Origin: an uncultured Gammaproteobacteria bacterium
GTDB lineage: Bacteria > Pseudomonadota > Gammaproteobacteria > UBA9214
Direction of reading: 5' to 3'
Assembly (NCBI GenBank): GCA_963748215.1
Contig: CAVVHS010000004.1
Coordinates: forward strand, 1 to 64,000
Length of the DNA: 64,000 bases
Shown: in pieces, positions 29,396 to 41,380 of the stretch
Numbering within the stretch: the stretch's first letter is position 1
How the letters are laid out: each line of letters starts with the position of its first letter
Position numbers and translations under genes: made by a program
The notes under the pieces: model-generated
The model's database searches: none
What the model saw: the letters and a program-made list of their open reading frames with translations, nothing else
What the model was told of the DNA's origin: nothing

Positions 29396-30667
29396 ATGGC
29401 AAAAGCGAAAAAGAATGCGTTCTACGCCCAGTCCGGCGGCGTCACGGCAGTCATCAATGCCTCGGCCTGCGGTGTTATCGAGACCGCACGCAAGCACAAG
29501 GACAAAATCGGCAAGGTCTATGCCGGCCGCAACGGCATCATCGGTGCGCTCACCGAGGACCTGATCGACACCAGCAAGGAATCCGCCAGGGACATCGCGG
29601 CACTGCGCCACACCCCGAGCGGCGCGTTCGGTTCCTGCCGCTACAAGATGAAGAGCCTCGAGGCCAACAAGCGCGAATACGAGCGGCTGATCGAGGTGTT
29701 CGAGGCGCACAATATCGGTTACTTCTTCTATAACGGCGGCGGCGATTCCGCGGATACCTGCCTGAAGGTCTCGCAGCTGTCCCAGACCACCGGTTACCCG
29801 ATCCAGGCCATCCACGTGCCGAAGACGGTCGACAACGACCTGCCGATTACCGACAACTGCCCCGGCTTCGGCTCGGTGGCCAAGTACATCGCGATCAGCA
29901 CCCGCGAGGCCAGCTTCGACGTCGCTTCCATGGCCAAGACCTCCACCAAGGTGTTCGTGCTGGAGGTGATGGGCCGTCACGCCGGCTGGATCGCCGCGGC
30001 CGGCGGCATGGCCACGACCGACGACTGCGACCTGCCGATCGTCATCCTGTTCCCGGAGGTCGTATTCGACCAGGCCGCGTTCCTGGCCAAGGTCAAGGAG
30101 AAGGTCGAGAAGTACGGTTACGTATCCATCGTGGTCTCCGAAGGCGTGCACGACGCCAGCGGCAAGTTCCTCGCCGACCAGGGCCTGAAGGACGCCTTCG
30201 GCCATGCCCAGCTCGGCGGCGTAGCACCGGTGATCGCCAACATGGTGCGCGAAAGCCTGGGTTACAAGTACCACTGGGCCGTGGCCGACTACCTGCAGCG
30301 CGCCGCACGCCACATCGCCTCCAAGACCGACGTCGAGCAGGCCTACGCCATGGGCAAGGCGGCCGTGAAGCTGGCGCTGGCCGGCAGGAACTCGGTCATG
30401 CCGACCGTGGTGCGCAGCTCGAGCAGTCCGTACCGCTGGAAGGTGGGCGAGGCCGACCTGTCCAAGGTCGCCAACGTCGAGAAGATGATGCCGAAGAACT
30501 TCATCACCCGGGACGGTTTCGGCATCACGAACAAATGCCGCGATTATCTCGAGCCGCTGATGAAGGGCGAGGACTATCCGCCTTACGGCAAGGATGGCAT
30601 GCCGAAGTACGTGCAGCTGAAGAACGTCGCCGTCAAGCGCAAGCTGGGCGATTTCGAAATCAAGTAA
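29396..30667 (+). CDS. pfp: 6-phosphofructokinase, probably PPi-dependent
   Basis: QSGG, NGGGDS (Asp at the 104 equivalent), PKTVDND (Lys at the 124 equivalent), EVMGR. Confidence 0.9.
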   Translation: MAKAKKNAFYAQSGGVTAVINASACGVIETARKHKDKIGKVYAGRNGIIGALTEDLIDTSKESARDIAALRHTPSGAFGSCRYKMKSLEANKREYERLIEVFEAHNIGYFFYNGGGDSADTCLKVSQLSQTTGYPIQAIHVPKTVDNDLPITDNCPGFGSVAKYIAISTREASFDVASMAKTSTKVFVLEVMGRHAGWIAAAGGMATTDDCDLPIVILFPEVVFDQAAFLAKVKEKVEKYGYVSIVVSEGVHDASGKFLADQGLKDAFGHAQLGGVAPVIANMVRESLGYKYHWAVADYLQRAARHIASKTDVEQAYAMGKAAVKLALAGRNSVMPTVVRSSSSPYRWKVGEADLSKVANVEKMMPKNFITRDGFGITNKCRDYLEPLMKGEDYPPYGKDGMPKYVQLKNVAVKRKLGDFEIK

Positions 30668-30753
30668 TCTGACTACCGCGGGGATACGGTGACAGACCGG
30701 GGCTGCCCGGGCGCACCGTGTCCCTGCGGCTATTGCTGTGCAGGGAGAAACCC

Positions 30754-30975
30754 GTGACACTCACCAAGGCACGTGAACTGCTCGCAGTCCAGGCGAACAT
30801 GGGGGGCGGCTATAACCGGAACGCGGCCCGGCTGATCCTGGCCGAGGTGCAGGCGGATCACGGCCAGGCGGCCGTCGATGCCCTGATCCGGGAGTTCGAT
30901 ATGGAAACGCTGTTCGGATTCAAACCCGGTACTGAATTCAAGAAACGATTAAACACTGGGGTCAGACTCGATTGA
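30754..30975 (+). CDS. Small hypothetical protein whose stop codon lies in a palindromic repeat
   Basis: GGAG RBS, GTG start, GGGYNRNAARLILAEV. Confidence 0.6.
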   Translation: MTLTKARELLAVQANMGGGYNRNAARLILAEVQADHGQAAVDALIREFDMETLFGFKPGTEFKKRLNTGVRLD

Positions 30976-31030
30976 TCCGCTGTATATCTAACGACGCGAA
31001 CTGCTTCAGGATCAATCGAGTCTGACCCCA
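30957..31030. repeat. REP-like 22-bp perfect inverted repeat
   Basis: TGGGGTCAGACTCGATTGATCC ... GGATCAATCGAGTCTGACCCCA. Confidence 0.85.
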
Positions 31031-31060
31031 TTGATCCGCCACAAACCAAGGAGAACCCTG

Positions 31061-33090
31061 ATGTCGACTGAACTCATTTTTGCACTGGCCTGCGGCCTGG
31101 GTGCGCTGGTCTATGGCGGGCTGTCCATTCAATGGATCCTGTCCAAGCCGACCGGCAATGACCGCATGCGGGAAATCTCCGGCGGCGATACAGGAAGGCG
31201 CCAAGGCCTACCTGAACCGGCAGTACATGACCATCGGCATGGCGGGTATCGTGCTGCTGCTCATCATCGGCTTCTCCAAGATCGGCTGGACCACCGCCAT
31301 CGGCTTCGCCATCGGCGCGGTGTTCTCCGGACTGGCCGGCTACATCGGCATGAACATCTCGGTGCGCGCCAACGTGCGCACCGCGCAGGCCGCCAACGAC
31401 GGCCTGAATGCCGCCCTGCAGATCGCCTTCCGCGGCGGCGCCATCACCGGCCTGCTGGTGGTCGGCCTGGGCCTGATCGGTGTGGCCGGTTTCTACGCCA
31501 TCCTGCTCATGAGCGGCGTCGAGGACCCGCTGCACCCGCTGATCGGCCTGGCCTTCGGCGGCTCGCTGATCTCCATCTTCGCGCGACTCGGCGGCGGCAT
31601 CTTCACCAAGGGTGCTGACGTCGGCGCGGACATCGTCGGCAAGGTCGAGGCCGGCATCCCGGAAGACGACCCGCGCAACCCGGCGGTGATCGCCGACAAC
31701 GTCGGCGACAACGTCGGCGACTGCGCCGGCATGGCCGCCGACCTGTTCGAGACCTACGCCGTGACCGTGGTCGCCACCATGCTGCTCGGCGGCCTGCTGA
31801 TCGGCACAGCGCAGGCCGCGCTGTACCCGCTGGTGCTGGGCGGCGTGTCCATCATCGCCTCCATCATCGGCACCTTCTTCGTCAAGGCACGCGAGGGCGG
31901 CAAGATCATGAACGCGCTGTACCGCGGCCTGATCGTCGCCGGCGTGCTGGCGGCCATCGCCTTCTACCCGGTCACCACCTGGGTGCTGGGCGACAGCATC
32001 ATGCTGGAGGGTGAATCCATCGCCACGCGCATGCTCTACTACTGCGCGCTGATCGGCCTGGCGCTGACCGCGGCCATGGTGGTCATCACCGAGTACTACA
32101 CCGCCACCGAGTACCAGCCGGTGCGGCACATCGCCGAGGCCTCCACCACCGGTGACGGCACCAACGTCATCGCCGGCCTGGGCGTGTCGATGAAGTCCAC
32201 CGCGGTTCCCGTGCTGGTCGGTCTGCGCCAGCATCTGGGGCGCCCATGAACTGGCCGGCCTGTACGGCATCGCCATCGCCGCGACCTCCATGCTGTCGAT
32301 GACCGGCATCATCGTGGCGCTCGACGCCTACGGCCCGATCACCGACAACGCCGGCGGCATCGCCGAAATGGCCGAGCTGGACGAGAAGATCCGCAACATC
32401 ACCGATCCGCTGGACGCCGTCGGCAACACCACCAAGGCGGTGACCAAGGGCTACGCCATCGGCTCCGCCGGTCTCGCCGCGCTGGTGCTGTTCGCCGACT
32501 ACACCCATGCCCTCGCAGCGCACACCGACAAGGCGCTGAACTTCTCGCTCGACAACCACATGGTGCTGATCGGCCTGTTCATCGGCGGCCTGGTGCCCTA
32601 CCTGTTCGGCGCCATGGCGATGGAGGCCGTGGGCCGCGCCGCCGGCGGCATCGTCAACGAGGTGCGCCGCCAGTTCCGCGAAATGCCCGGCATCATGGAC
32701 CACACCCAGAAGCCGGATTACTCCAAGGCAGTGGACATGCTGACCAAGGCCGCCATCAAGGAGATGATCATCCCGTCCCTGCTGCCGGTCGTGGTCCCGG
32801 TCGTGGTCGGCCTGACGCTGGGCGCCGAAGCGCTGGGCGGCCTGCTGATCGGCACCATCGTCACCGGCCTGTTCGTCGCCATCTCCATGACCACCGGCGG
32901 CGGTGCCTGGGACAATGCCAAGAAATACATCGAGGACGGCAACTTCGGCGGCAAGGGCTGCGACGCACACAAGGCGGCGGTCACCGGTGACACCGTCGGC
33001 GACCCCTACAAGGACACCGCCGGCCCGGCCATCAACCCGCTGATCAAGATCATCAACATCGTGGCACTGCTGATCGTGCCGTTGTTGTAA
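31061..33090 (+). CDS. hppA: Membrane H+-translocating pyrophosphatase, K+-independent type (+1 frameshifts near 31181 and 32220, probably sequence errors)
   Basis: [36 protein letters not shown] spread over three frames. Confidence 0.9.
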
Positions 33091-33097
33091 TCCATAA

Positions 33098-33170
33098 GGT
33101 GTAGGAGCGCATCTCATGCGCGATCTCGTTTAAATTTACAAAGATCGCGCATGAGATGCGCTCCTACACC
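33098..33170. repeat. GTAG-type REP doublet (29-bp perfect inverted repeat)
   Basis: GGTGTAGGAGCGCATCTCATGCGCGATCT and its reverse complement. Confidence 0.9.
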
Positions 33171-33180
33171 CCTTTTAAAC

Positions 33181-33724
33181 ATGAAAATCTGCATCGTTTC
33201 CGACAGCCACGATAACCGCGCCCTGCTCGAGTCCGCCATCGCCGACGGCCGTGGGCGCCGGTGCCGAGGCTGTTTTGCACTGCGGCGACGTGGTTGCACC
33301 GAGTACGCTGGAAGTGATCCGGCCGTTCAATGTCCCGGTGCACGTCATCCACGGCAACAACGGCGGCGACCTGTACATGATGGGCCGCATCGCGTCGAAG
33401 CCGGCCAACCGCACCCATTACTACGGCCAGGATGCCGGTATCGAGCTGGCCGGCCGCCGCATATTCCTGGTGCACTACCCGCACTACGCACAGGCCATGG
33501 CCAGCACCGGCGACTGGGACCTGGTGTGCTGCGGCCACGATCACAAGGCGGACATCCGCACCATCAACAACCTCGCCGGCAGCAGCACCTGGCTGGTGAA
33601 TCCCGGCACGGTCGGTGGCATCAAGGCGCCGGCCACCTGGATCCTGGGCGACCTCGCCAGCATGCAGTTCTCCCTGCACGAAGTCGGTGTGGCGGTATCC
33701 GGCAACCAGACAGCAGGCGGCTAA
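33181..33724 (+). CDS. YfcE-like metallophosphoesterase (+1 frameshift near 33248)
   Basis: SDSHDN, HCGD, GNN, CGHDH, NPG. Confidence 0.85.
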
Positions 33725-34435
33725 ATGAAAGACATCAACCCTGAAAACATGGTGATCGGCGACAAGAGCGGCATCGACCTGTCCGACTCTCGCCCTTCGC
33801 TGAAGGCCCAGCTCAAGGAACAGCAACAGCAACTGGCGGCCCTGCCGCCGGACGCCGACCCGCTTGCGCGTGCACAACTGCAGCTCGACATGGCCGAGAC
33901 CCTGCTCGGGCTGCAGCAACGCGAAGACAGCTGGGAGCAGGCGCGCGGAGCGTTCGACGTGTTTGTCGCGGCAGAGGCGTGGCAGGACGCCGTCGAATCC
34001 TGCAATGTCCTGTTCCAGTGCGAACAGCCGGAATCACTGGCAGCACTCGGCAACGGTGTATGGCTGTCGATCACCTACCCGGTGCCGGCGGCCCTGACCG
34101 TCGCCCTGCTGCAGCACATCGTCGACGAGACCCCGGACGAATCCGATGGCGGCGCGGTCGCTGCCATGACGGCACACTACATCGCCGGCCTGCGCACCGA
34201 GGGCAAGGAACACGACAGCCTGACCTTCTTCACCAACCAGATGGTGGCCGGCGTGGCCAAACGCCATCGCGGTATCGAGAACGACCCCGAGATGATCAGG
34301 ATGTGGACGGAGATCCTCGGACTCAACGACGTGCCGGAACTGCTGTCCCGGCTGGCGGTCATGCTCGATGCCATTGTCGGTGACAACTGGTGGATCGACC
34401 GCGATGCCCTGCGTGCGCGATTGCCGGAGAACTAA
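33725..34435 (+). CDS. Hypothetical alpha-helical protein
   Basis: Abuts the upstream stop; typical codon bias. Confidence 0.75.
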   Translation: MKDINPENMVIGDKSGIDLSDSRPSLKAQLKEQQQQLAALPPDADPLARAQLQLDMAETLLGLQQREDSWEQARGAFDVFVAAEAWQDAVESCNVLFQCEQPESLAALGNGVWLSITYPVPAALTVALLQHIVDETPDESDGGAVAAMTAHYIAGLRTEGKEHDSLTFFTNQMVAGVAKRHRGIENDPEMIRMWTEILGLNDVPELLSRLAVMLDAIVGDNWWIDRDALRARLPEN

Positions 34436-34494
34436 CCGGCCACCAGGCAGTCAGACAGGCATGCAGTTCGGCACCGCCCGAACGGGAGTCAACC

Positions 34495-35007
34495 ATGCGG
34501 ATCCTTGCCCTGCTTGCCATCAGCCTGTTGCTGGGCGCGTGCCAGTCACTGCCCGGCTACAGCTACCCGACCGGACCGACACCGCAGCCCGAACTGACGT
34601 CCGTGACGCTCAACCGGGAACTGCATGTTCACCCCGATTACGCCAGCGTATATATTCAGTCCGGTCAACCCAGGCTGACCAACAGCGCCGCGGAATATCA
34701 CCCGCACTGCATACTGGAATTGCGCACGGTTGCGCCTGTCGCACGCACGGTACAGCCTGACACTTTCACCGTGACCGGCATTCACCGCGACCGCTTCATG
34801 GCAGGCCTCGATGGACTGATGCTGGCCGGTATGGTGGCCGGCGACTACAACCCGGTCATGTCGACGACGACGCTCACGCTGCACTCCGACCGTCAGCCGG
34901 ACGTATACCGCCTGAGCTGCCAGCAACTCGACGAACCGTTCCGGGCACATCACGTGACCCTGGCGGAAATGCAGCAGGCACTGGGGGACGTGATAACCCT
35001 GCACTAG
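34495..35007 (+). CDS. Putative lipoprotein
   Basis: MRILALLAISLLLGAC lipobox, GGAG RBS. Confidence 0.75.
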   Translation: MRILALLAISLLLGACQSLPGYSYPTGPTPQPELTSVTLNRELHVHPDYASVYIQSGQPRLTNSAAEYHPHCILELRTVAPVARTVQPDTFTVTGIHRDRFMAGLDGLMLAGMVAGDYNPVMSTTTLTLHSDRQPDVYRLSCQQLDEPFRAHHVTLAEMQQALGDVITLH

Positions 35008-35017
35008 CTTCAGGCAC

Positions 35018-35635
35018 AGGGTGCGCTCCATGCACCGTGCACCCACAAGGTGCGCATAGCGCACCCTACCATTGGCGCGGGAACGCGCGAATTAGAATGG
35101 CCACGGAATCCACGGAAGAACACGGAAAAGATGAATTCATAACGGGGCGTAGGGTGCGTTTTACGCACCGGCGACGGTGCACGGAGTGCACCCTACACCG
35201 TCTATTGGGTGTGGGAGCACATCTCATGCGCGATGATATGGCCACGGAATCCACGGAAGAACACGGAAAAAGATGAATTCATAACGGGGCGTAGGGTGCG
35301 TTTTACGCACCGGAGACGGTGCACGGAGTGCACCCTACACCGTCTAATTGGGTGCGGGAGTGCATCTCATGCGCGATGATATGGCCACAGAATCCACGGA
35401 AGAACACGGAAAAATCAAACCGGCTGCCAGAGAGTGCGGATTTACCAGTGGGTGAGCCGGCGCAGGGTGTCGTTCCATTCCCACATGCCCATCTGCTCGG
35501 TGCAGGCGGCGCATTCTACGATCCTGTTGGTGCGAAACCCGATATGGAAGCGCAATAGCAGGGAGAAATAAAACCTGGACAAGAATTAATTCGAAAAATC
35601 TTTTTCCGTGTTATTCCGTGTGTTTCCGTGGCTAT
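35018..35635. repeat. Composite BIME-like repeat cluster: ~142-bp unit x2.2 plus an inverted CACGGAA triplet
   Basis: Units start at 35097, 35238 and 35381; each is a CACGGAA triplet + GTAGGGTGC doublet + GGAG..CATCTCATGCGCGA; inverted triplet at 35601-35635. Confidence 0.9.
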
Positions 35636-35721
35636 TATATTTTTCACGAGCATCGAGCGCGATTGCCGCAACCGGCACCGATAATGCCATCTGCATCAAC
35701 CCTGCCTGATGAACCGGGCTG

Positions 35722-36615
35722 CTATTCCTGGTAGTAGTAGTCGTAACTGGTCAGGATATCCTGGGTGAAACCCCATGCCTCGTTGTAGGACAATCCGCTG
35801 TCCTTGGGAATGATGACCTTGACATAGAGCTGACCGGAGTACTCACCCTTCAGGGCCGACAGTTTTTTGTCGAGTTCCGCGCGACTCAGCGTCTTGTAAT
35901 CGTCCTTCTCCATTTCCTTGAATTCCAGCTGATACTTGCCATTCTCCTTGCGGTAGCGCACCGACACCAGGTACTTGCCGGCGGCGCTGCGTGCCGGCTT
36001 GATCAGCTTGTTGTACTTGACGCTGAGCTCGTCGTAGGTGCCCTGCAGGCTGGTGAGCAGCAGCTCGGACTCGGCGTACTGTGCCCGAAGCGCGGCCAGT
36101 TCGTCGCTGCGCACCAGTTCGAGTTGCTCCAGCTCGGAGACTTTTGCCTGCTGGCGCGACAGTTCGTCCTGTTTCTGCTGCAGCGTTTCCTGCACCCGAC
36201 GCAGGTCCAGCGCCGACTGCTGCATGCGCAACTCGAGTCCCTTGCGGTCGCTTTCCAGCGCCCGCACCTGCTGGCGCGTCTGCACCAGTTCGCGGCCGGT
36301 TGCCTGGTTGATTTCATTGCTGCGCATCAGCTGCATGCGCAGCTCGGAGATCTCGCTCTGCGCCGATGCCAGACGCTCCTCCAGCGTTTCGCTGGTGCGG
36401 GTGGCGGTCTTGGCCAGCGCCTCGGCCTGGCGTTCCGACTCGATGGTGGCACGCAGCTCGCGCACCAGTTCCCAGTTGCGCAGCATCAGGATGGTGCTGG
36501 TGATCATGAAGATCATCACCACCACCATCATGATGTCGGTAAACGACGGCCAGAAGCTGTCGCTGCCGGCACTGTGGTCGCCGGCATGCCTGAGATCGAT
36601 AAACCCCTCGTCCAT
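35722..36615 (-). CDS. MotB/ExbD-like single-TM protein with a long coiled coil and no recognisable OmpA domain
   Basis: FWPSFTDIMMVVVMIF with an intramembrane Asp; heptad-rich middle. Confidence 0.7.
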   Translation of the reverse strand: MDEGFIDLRHAGDHSAGSDSFWPSFTDIMMVVVMIFMITSTILMLRNWELVRELRATIESERQAEALAKTATRTSETLEERLASAQSEISELRMQLMRSNEINQATGRELVQTRQQVRALESDRKGLELRMQQSALDLRRVQETLQQKQDELSRQQAKVSELEQLELVRSDELAALRAQYAESELLLTSLQGTYDELSVKYNKLIKPARSAAGKYLVSVRYRKENGKYQLEFKEMEKDDYKTLSRAELDKKLSALKGEYSGQLYVKVIIPKDSGLSYNEAWGFTQDILTSYDYYYQE

Positions 36616-36617
36616 GC

Positions 36618-37544
36618 TCAGTTACCGGCAGGCGGCAGCCGGAACCCCTCGCGCAGCAACTGCTTGACCTGATTCATGTCGACCGTGACCTTGCTGACGC
36701 TTTCGGCAAGCCCGCCGATGGTCACATCCAGGCTGTCGCCGGCCGCAGCGAAATCCTGCTGCACCTGCTTCATGCCTTCAGCCGCCTCGCGCAGACCACT
36801 GACCAGACCGGTCACCTCGTGCAGCAGGCTCTCGCTGTCATGCGACAACCTCGGCAACAGGTAAACCGAGGTGATCTCTTCCACCTTGCCAAGCACGTTG
36901 GTCTGGGCATCGCCCAGCTTGAGATAGAAATAACCATAGAACAGATAGCACAGGATGGCGGTGAAGGTAGTCGACAGCGCGGTGGACATGCCGTGTATCA
37001 CCATGCCCATGCTGCTGGTGGCCTGGACATCCTCCAGCAGGTTGGAGGCACCGGCCAGTGCAATGGACAGCGATACGATGGTGCCGAACACACCGGTCAG
37101 GATCAGGATATTGCTGACGTACTTGGCGAAGCTGATGCGGGTACTCTCGACCGCGAGCAGGGTGGCGGCGAGCGCGCTGTGATTGATCTTCGCATACTGC
37201 TCGCTCAGCCGGCTGAGCGTCTGGTAACGGCGCGCGATGATGGAACGTGCATTGACACCCTTGATCGGGTTGTCATCGCCGCTCTCCAGGTGGGAGACGA
37301 GGCGGTCCAGCGCGACCTCCTCGCGCATGTAGCGCAGCAGTGACAGCACGATCTTGGCCAGTCCGAGCAGAAAGATACCGAAAATGCCGCCGTTGATGGC
37401 ATAGCCGACCGCGGTCAACTGGCGGGTGAAATACATCTCGTCGATGAATTTATAGTTTGCGATCAGGACAATCACCACGATTGCCCCGAGAACCATCATG
37501 CGCAACAGCATGCGGCCGCTGAAATTGGCGTTGGTCTGGTTCAT
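36618..37544 (-). CDS. MotA/TolQ/ExbB proton channel family protein
   Basis: LILTGVFGTIVSL...GMSTALSTT. Confidence 0.82.
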   Translation of the reverse strand: MNQTNANFSGRMLLRMMVLGAIVVIVLIANYKFIDEMYFTRQLTAVGYAINGGIFGIFLLGLAKIVLSLLRYMREEVALDRLVSHLESGDDNPIKGVNARSIIARRYQTLSRLSEQYAKINHSALAATLLAVESTRISFAKYVSNILILTGVFGTIVSLSIALAGASNLLEDVQATSSMGMVIHGMSTALSTTFTAILCYLFYGYFYLKLGDAQTNVLGKVEEITSVYLLPRLSHDSESLLHEVTGLVSGLREAAEGMKQVQQDFAAAGDSLDVTIGGLAESVSKVTVDMNQVKQLLREGFRLPPAGN

Positions 37545-37630
37545 TGCACGTCCTTAAAGAAAATAAATAGACAGATTCGGGATTGGCGCATATTACATCG
37601 TCCGGCTTCGTGTCACACAATCAAAATATC

Positions 37631-38020
37631 AATGGCCACGGAAGCACACGGAATTACACGGAAAAATTCTGATTCAGGAAGCATGAATTCCGGTTTTGTC
37701 ATTCCGGCGAATGCCGGAATCCAATAACCGTTGAATAACATTCGCTGTATTCCGTGGTTTAGTCGAATCGCGCACGACAAGAAAATGACTCAAAGAACCC
37801 TGATGAGTATTTTTCCGTGTAATTCCGTGGATTCTGTGGCCGTTACCCTTCGTGAAGCCTGCGCTCCTACAACAATCATTACATGAATGCTGGTCAATGC
37901 AACCTGCAGCCCGGTCGGTGCGCACAGCGCACCCTACAATCTCATCTATATCAAAAGGGTACTGGCCCTAATATTGAGTCAGGAATTTTTCCGTGTTGTT
38001 CCGTGTGCTTCCGTGGCCAT

Positions 38021-38021
<1 letters not shown>
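37631..38021. repeat. Composite repeat cluster bounded by inverted CACGGAA triplets
   Basis: + triplet 37631-37666; - triplets 37810-37842 and 37986-38021; GTCATTCC element at 37698; GCACCCTAC REP 37917-37937. Confidence 0.88.
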
Positions 38022-40077
<2,056 letters not shown>

Positions 40078-40248
40078 GGGCTACACGGTACCCAAAGGAC
40101 CGCCGGTTTGCAACAATACATTCCCTCCGGATGTGAGCAAGCCATTGTTTTAAATGTATTACCTGACTCCTACCCCAGCCAGATTGTTGCCAGCCCGGGA
40201 CAAAGTCCGTACCCTTGGCGGCCTTCAATCGAAACCGGCAACGCACAG

Positions 40249-40911
40249 ATGAACCAGGCAGAAATCGAACAGGCCCGTCATAACATGATCGTGCAGCAGG
40301 TCCGGCCCTGGGATGTGCTGGATGCGCAGGTTCTGGAGGCCATGTCACACGTTCCCCGTGAGGCCTTCGTGCCGGAACGCTACCGCTCCCTGGCCTTCGC
40401 CGACACCAATATACCGCTGGGCCATGAGCAGGTCATGATGAAGCCCAACGTCGAGGGCCGCCTGCTGCAGGCGCTGGCCATACAGCCGGAGGACGAGGTG
40501 CTGGAGATCGGCACCGGCAGCGGCTACCTGACGGCGTGTCTCGCCCGGCTTGGACGGCATGTCACCAGCGTGGAAATCCTGCCCGACCTTGCCGCGGCGG
40601 CCGAGGCGCACCTGGCGGAGCTGAGCGTCGACAATGTCACCCTGCAGACCGGCGACGCCCTCGCTGATATCGACCCGGGCAGACACTACGGCGTTATCGC
40701 CGTGACTGGCTCGCTGCCCGTACTGGACCAGCAGTTTTTCAGCAATCTCGAAAACGGCGGCCGCCTGTTCGTCATCACCGGCCCGCTGCCGATCATGGAA
40801 GCCCGCCTGGTCACCCGCATCAATGCCAATCACTGGGCCAGCGAATCGCTGTTCGAAACCTGCATTCCACCGCTGGTCAACGCACCCGCACCCGAATCCT
40901 TCAGCTTCTAG
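40249..40911 (+). CDS. pcm: Protein-L-isoaspartate O-methyltransferase
   Basis: ARHNMIVQQVRPWDV, VPREAFVP, LEIGTGSGY. Confidence 0.88.
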   Translation: MNQAEIEQARHNMIVQQVRPWDVLDAQVLEAMSHVPREAFVPERYRSLAFADTNIPLGHEQVMMKPNVEGRLLQALAIQPEDEVLEIGTGSGYLTACLARLGRHVTSVEILPDLAAAAEAHLAELSVDNVTLQTGDALADIDPGRHYGVIAVTGSLPVLDQQFFSNLENGGRLFVITGPLPIMEARLVTRINANHWASESLFETCIPPLVNAPAPESFSF

Positions 40912-40927
40912 CGGCAACCGTTCCTGC

Positions 40928-41248
40928 ATGCGCGAAATGACCCCCGACGAGTGCAAGGCGTACCTTGAGAGTACGCCGACCAGGCCCTTGCTGCTGGATG
41001 TCAGGGAACCCTGGGAGTACAACATTGTCCACCTCGAGGACTCCATGTTGATGCCCATGCGCCAGGTACCCGTCGAGGCCGACTCGCTTGATGCGGACCG
41101 GGAGATCGTCGTAATCTGCCACCACGGCATCCGCAGCCGGCAGGTCGCCCTGTTCCTCAAGGCCAGGGGCTTCAGCAATGTCATCAACCTGAGTGGTGGT
41201 ATCGATGCCTGGGCACGCCACACGGACACGAGTCTGCCGACCTACTGA
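40928..41248 (+). CDS. Rhodanese-like protein
   Basis: LLDVREPWE, CHHGIRS, LSGGIDAW. Confidence 0.9.
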   Translation: MREMTPDECKAYLESTPTRPLLLDVREPWEYNIVHLEDSMLMPMRQVPVEADSLDADREIVVICHHGIRSRQVALFLKARGFSNVINLSGGIDAWARHTDTSLPTY

Positions 41249-41267
41249 GCAGAATGCTTGCACGGAA

Positions 41268-41345
41268 ACAGGGGGCAGACCACGTTTTTTCTGAACCGGC
41301 TGCAAAGACAGGAAACAACGTCGAAGCAAAACGCGGTCTGTCCCC
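41268..41345. repeat. GGGGCAGACCACG-type inverted repeat element
   Basis: GGGGCAGACCACGTTTT / AAAACGCGGTCTGTCCCC; further copy at 42998-43024. Confidence 0.75.
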
Positions 41346-41380
41346 GACGATTTTCGAACAGGTTATAAAGGACAACAGCT

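Noticed and set aside
35097-35414. CRISPR-like array (~33-bp repeat, three times)
   Set aside because: The intervening sequences are ~110 bp, near-identical and made of REPs; no cas genes are present
35319-35558. ORF with a HIT-like segment (PFPHAHLLG) and other repeat-derived ORFs (MATESTEEHG)
   Set aside because: They begin inside repeats and the HxHxH motif is incomplete
35722-37544. Zorya defence system
   Set aside because: No long ZorA tail, no OmpA domain, no zorC/D/E neighbours; kept only as an orphan motor
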